From NCBI GenBank assembly GCA_038212075.1, contig JBBQUV010000006.1, forward strand, positions 1 to 34,573: a stretch of 34,573 nucleotides of DNA, read 5' to 3'. A program made the position numbers and the translations under genes. Below are positions 32,816 to 34,573 of this stretch, piece by piece. Under the pieces are notes generated by a model. It was not told where the DNA came from, ran no database searches, and was given only the letters and a program-made list of their open reading frames with translations. Position 1 is the stretch's first letter. Each line of letters begins with the position of its first letter. This DNA comes from Minisyncoccia bacterium (GTDB lineage Bacteria > Patescibacteriota > Minisyncoccia > Phycocordibacterales > Phycocordibacteraceae).

Positions 32816-34573
32816 ATGCAAAACAAACACCAGACGCGAAAAGAAGATTGGGATGCTATCCGACTCTCGGTTGCTTCACCAGAGCGTATTCTTCAGTGGA
32901 GTCACGGCGAAATCACGAAACCGGAAACCATCAACTACCGAACCCAGCGTTCGGAAAAGCATGGTCTGTTTGATGAAAAAATATTTGGACCTGAAAAAGA
33001 TTACGAATGTTACTGCGGTAAGTACAAAGGTATTCGTTACAAGGGAATTGTCTGTGACAAGTGTGGCGTGGAAATTACCCGCTCCATTGTTCGTCGTGAA
33101 CGCATGGGTCACATTGAGCTTGTTACTCCTGTAGCGCACATTTGGTTCCTCCGTTCAGTACCAAGTCGTATGGCGCTCGTGCTCGGCCTTTCAGCAAGCG
33201 ATCTTGAAAAGGTGATTTACTTCGCCGGCTACATCGTTACGAAGGTGCAAGACGACACCAAGAAGAAACTGCTTGCGGAACTCGAAAGCGAATACAAAGC
33301 GAAATACAAGTCGACACAGAAAGACGCGGATAAAGAAGCGCTTAAAGAGAAGATGACGCTTGCAAAAACGGAAATCGAAAGCGTGTTTGTTGGTCGTGTG
33401 TTCGACGAAATGGAATACCACCACTTCTCGGTGAAGTACGGCACACTCTTTGAAGCAAAAATCGGCGCAGAAGCAATTTACGATATCTTCCGCAACGTAA
33501 ATTTGAAAGAACTCAAGGAAACGCTTGAAACGAGGTATGGAAAGGCGGGTGCCGCTGAACGCGAAAAGCTCGCAAAGCGTATCTCACTTATTGCAGGAAT
33601 GATTGCCTCAGGCACTCGACCTGAGTGGATGTTCCTCACCAAGATTCCCGTTATCCCACCAGCACTTCGCCCAATGGTGGCACTTGAAGGTGGTCGTCAT
33701 GCAACGTCAGACGTAAACGACCTCTATCGTCGCGTTATCAACCGCAACAACCGTTTGAAGAAACTTCTCGACATTCATGCTCCGGAAGTTATCTTGCGTA
33801 ACGAAAAGCGTATTTTGCAGGAAGCTGTAGACGCACTTCTTGATAACTCTATCCGCAAGGGTGGAGCATCTGGTGGCGCACTCACGCCTTCACAACGCCG
33901 TCCGCTTAAATCACTCGCAGACTACTTGAAGGGAAAGCAGGGTTACTTCCGCCAGAACCTTCTTGGAAAGCGCGTGGACTACTCCGGCCGTTCCGTGATC
34001 GTTGTCGGTCCTGATTTGGAACTTGATCAATGCGGTCTTCCAAAACATATGGCACTCGAACTCTTCCGTCCGTTTGTTATCGGTGGACTTCTCGCTCGTG
34101 AGCTCGCGTTCAACATTCGTGGCGCAGGTCGCTTGATTGAAGACGGCGTTCCGGAAGTGTGGGAAATTCTTGAAGAAGTGATTCGCGGAAAGTACGTGCT
34201 TTTGAACCGCGCACCAACCTTGCACCGTCAGGGTATTCAGGCATTCCGCCCACGTCTTATCGAAGGCGACGCTATTCAGTTGCACCCACTCGTTTGTCAC
34301 GCGTTCAACGCAGACTTCGACGGAGACCAAATGGCGGTACACGTGCCTCTTTCAGAAGAAGCGCAATGGGAAGCACGCGAAGTAATGAGTGCAAACAAAA
34401 ACATTCTTAAGCCGGGTAACGGAGAAATGACCGTGCTTGCCGCAAAGCCCCAAGACATCATTCTCGGTGTGTACTGGCTCACGAAATTGAATCCAAAGGC
34501 TAAGGGTGAAGGTACCTACTTCCAGTCGCCCAATGCCGCGATTCTTGCGCATGAATATGACGCGATTGATTTG
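32816..34573 (+). CDS. rpoC: RNA polymerase beta' subunit (3' partial; absent from the ORF track because it runs off the window)
   Basis: Manual translation: [70 protein letters not shown]. Confidence 0.97.
   Translation, partial: MQNKHQTRKEDWDAIRLSVASPERILQWSHGEITKPETINYRTQRSEKHGLFDEKIFGPEKDYECYCGKYKGIRYKGIVCDKCGVEITRSIVRRERMGHIELVTPVAHIWFLRSVPSRMALVLGLSASDLEKVIYFAGYIVTKVQDDTKKKLLAELESEYKAKYKSTQKDADKEALKEKMTLAKTEIESVFVGRVFDEMEYHHFSVKYGTLFEAKIGAEAIYDIFRNVNLKELKETLETRYGKAGAAEREKLAKRISLIAGMIASGTRPEWMFLTKIPVIPPALRPMVALEGGRHATSDVNDLYRRVINRNNRLKKLLDIHAPEVILRNEKRILQEAVDALLDNSIRKGGASGGALTPSQRRPLKSLADYLKGKQGYFRQNLLGKRVDYSGRSVIVVGPDLELDQCGLPKHMALELFRPFVIGGLLARELAFNIRGAGRLIEDGVPEVWEILEEVIRGKYVLLNRAPTLHRQGIQAFRPRLIEGDAIQLHPLVCHAFNADFDGDQMAVHVPLSEEAQWEAREVMSANKNILKPGNGEMTVLAAKPQDIILGVYWLTKLNPKAKGEGTYFQSPNAAILAHEYDAIDL

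Overview
A gene-dense window that looks like a Patescibacteria/CPR (Parcubacteria-like) chromosome. This is inferred from a monomeric organelle-type PheRS, a NusB-NUDIX fusion, a short SMC, a compact RpoB and a missing rimM. The housekeeping backbone is pheS, gyrB, thrS, dnaE, rnhB, rpmF, nusB, rnc, smc, gdhA, rnr, rpsP, khpA, trmD, rpoB and partial rpoC. It also holds a cell-surface cluster (CARDB protein, sortase, secreted Cys-rich protein, IPYTG-bearing Ig-repeat protein) and a fatty-acid-hydroxylase-family gene. Main oddities: (1) most housekeeping genes appear leaderless or nearly so, while interspersed orphan genes are self-contained cassettes with promoter, leader, Shine-Dalgarno (SD) and terminator; (2) one cassette encodes a pseudo-receiver protein with an alphaproteobacterial ChvI-like DNA-binding domain; (3) the sortase substrate has a long cytoplasmic tail ending in a DnaX-collar-like domain; (4) two unannotated structured elements, one with two hairpins whose loops are complementary (32-193) and one of about 290 nt (21958-22247); (5) dnaE and rnhB share one palindromic -10 element in a 20-bp gap. 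No rRNA, tRNA, CRISPR array or transposase was recognised. All family calls are from motif recognition by eye; no searches were run.
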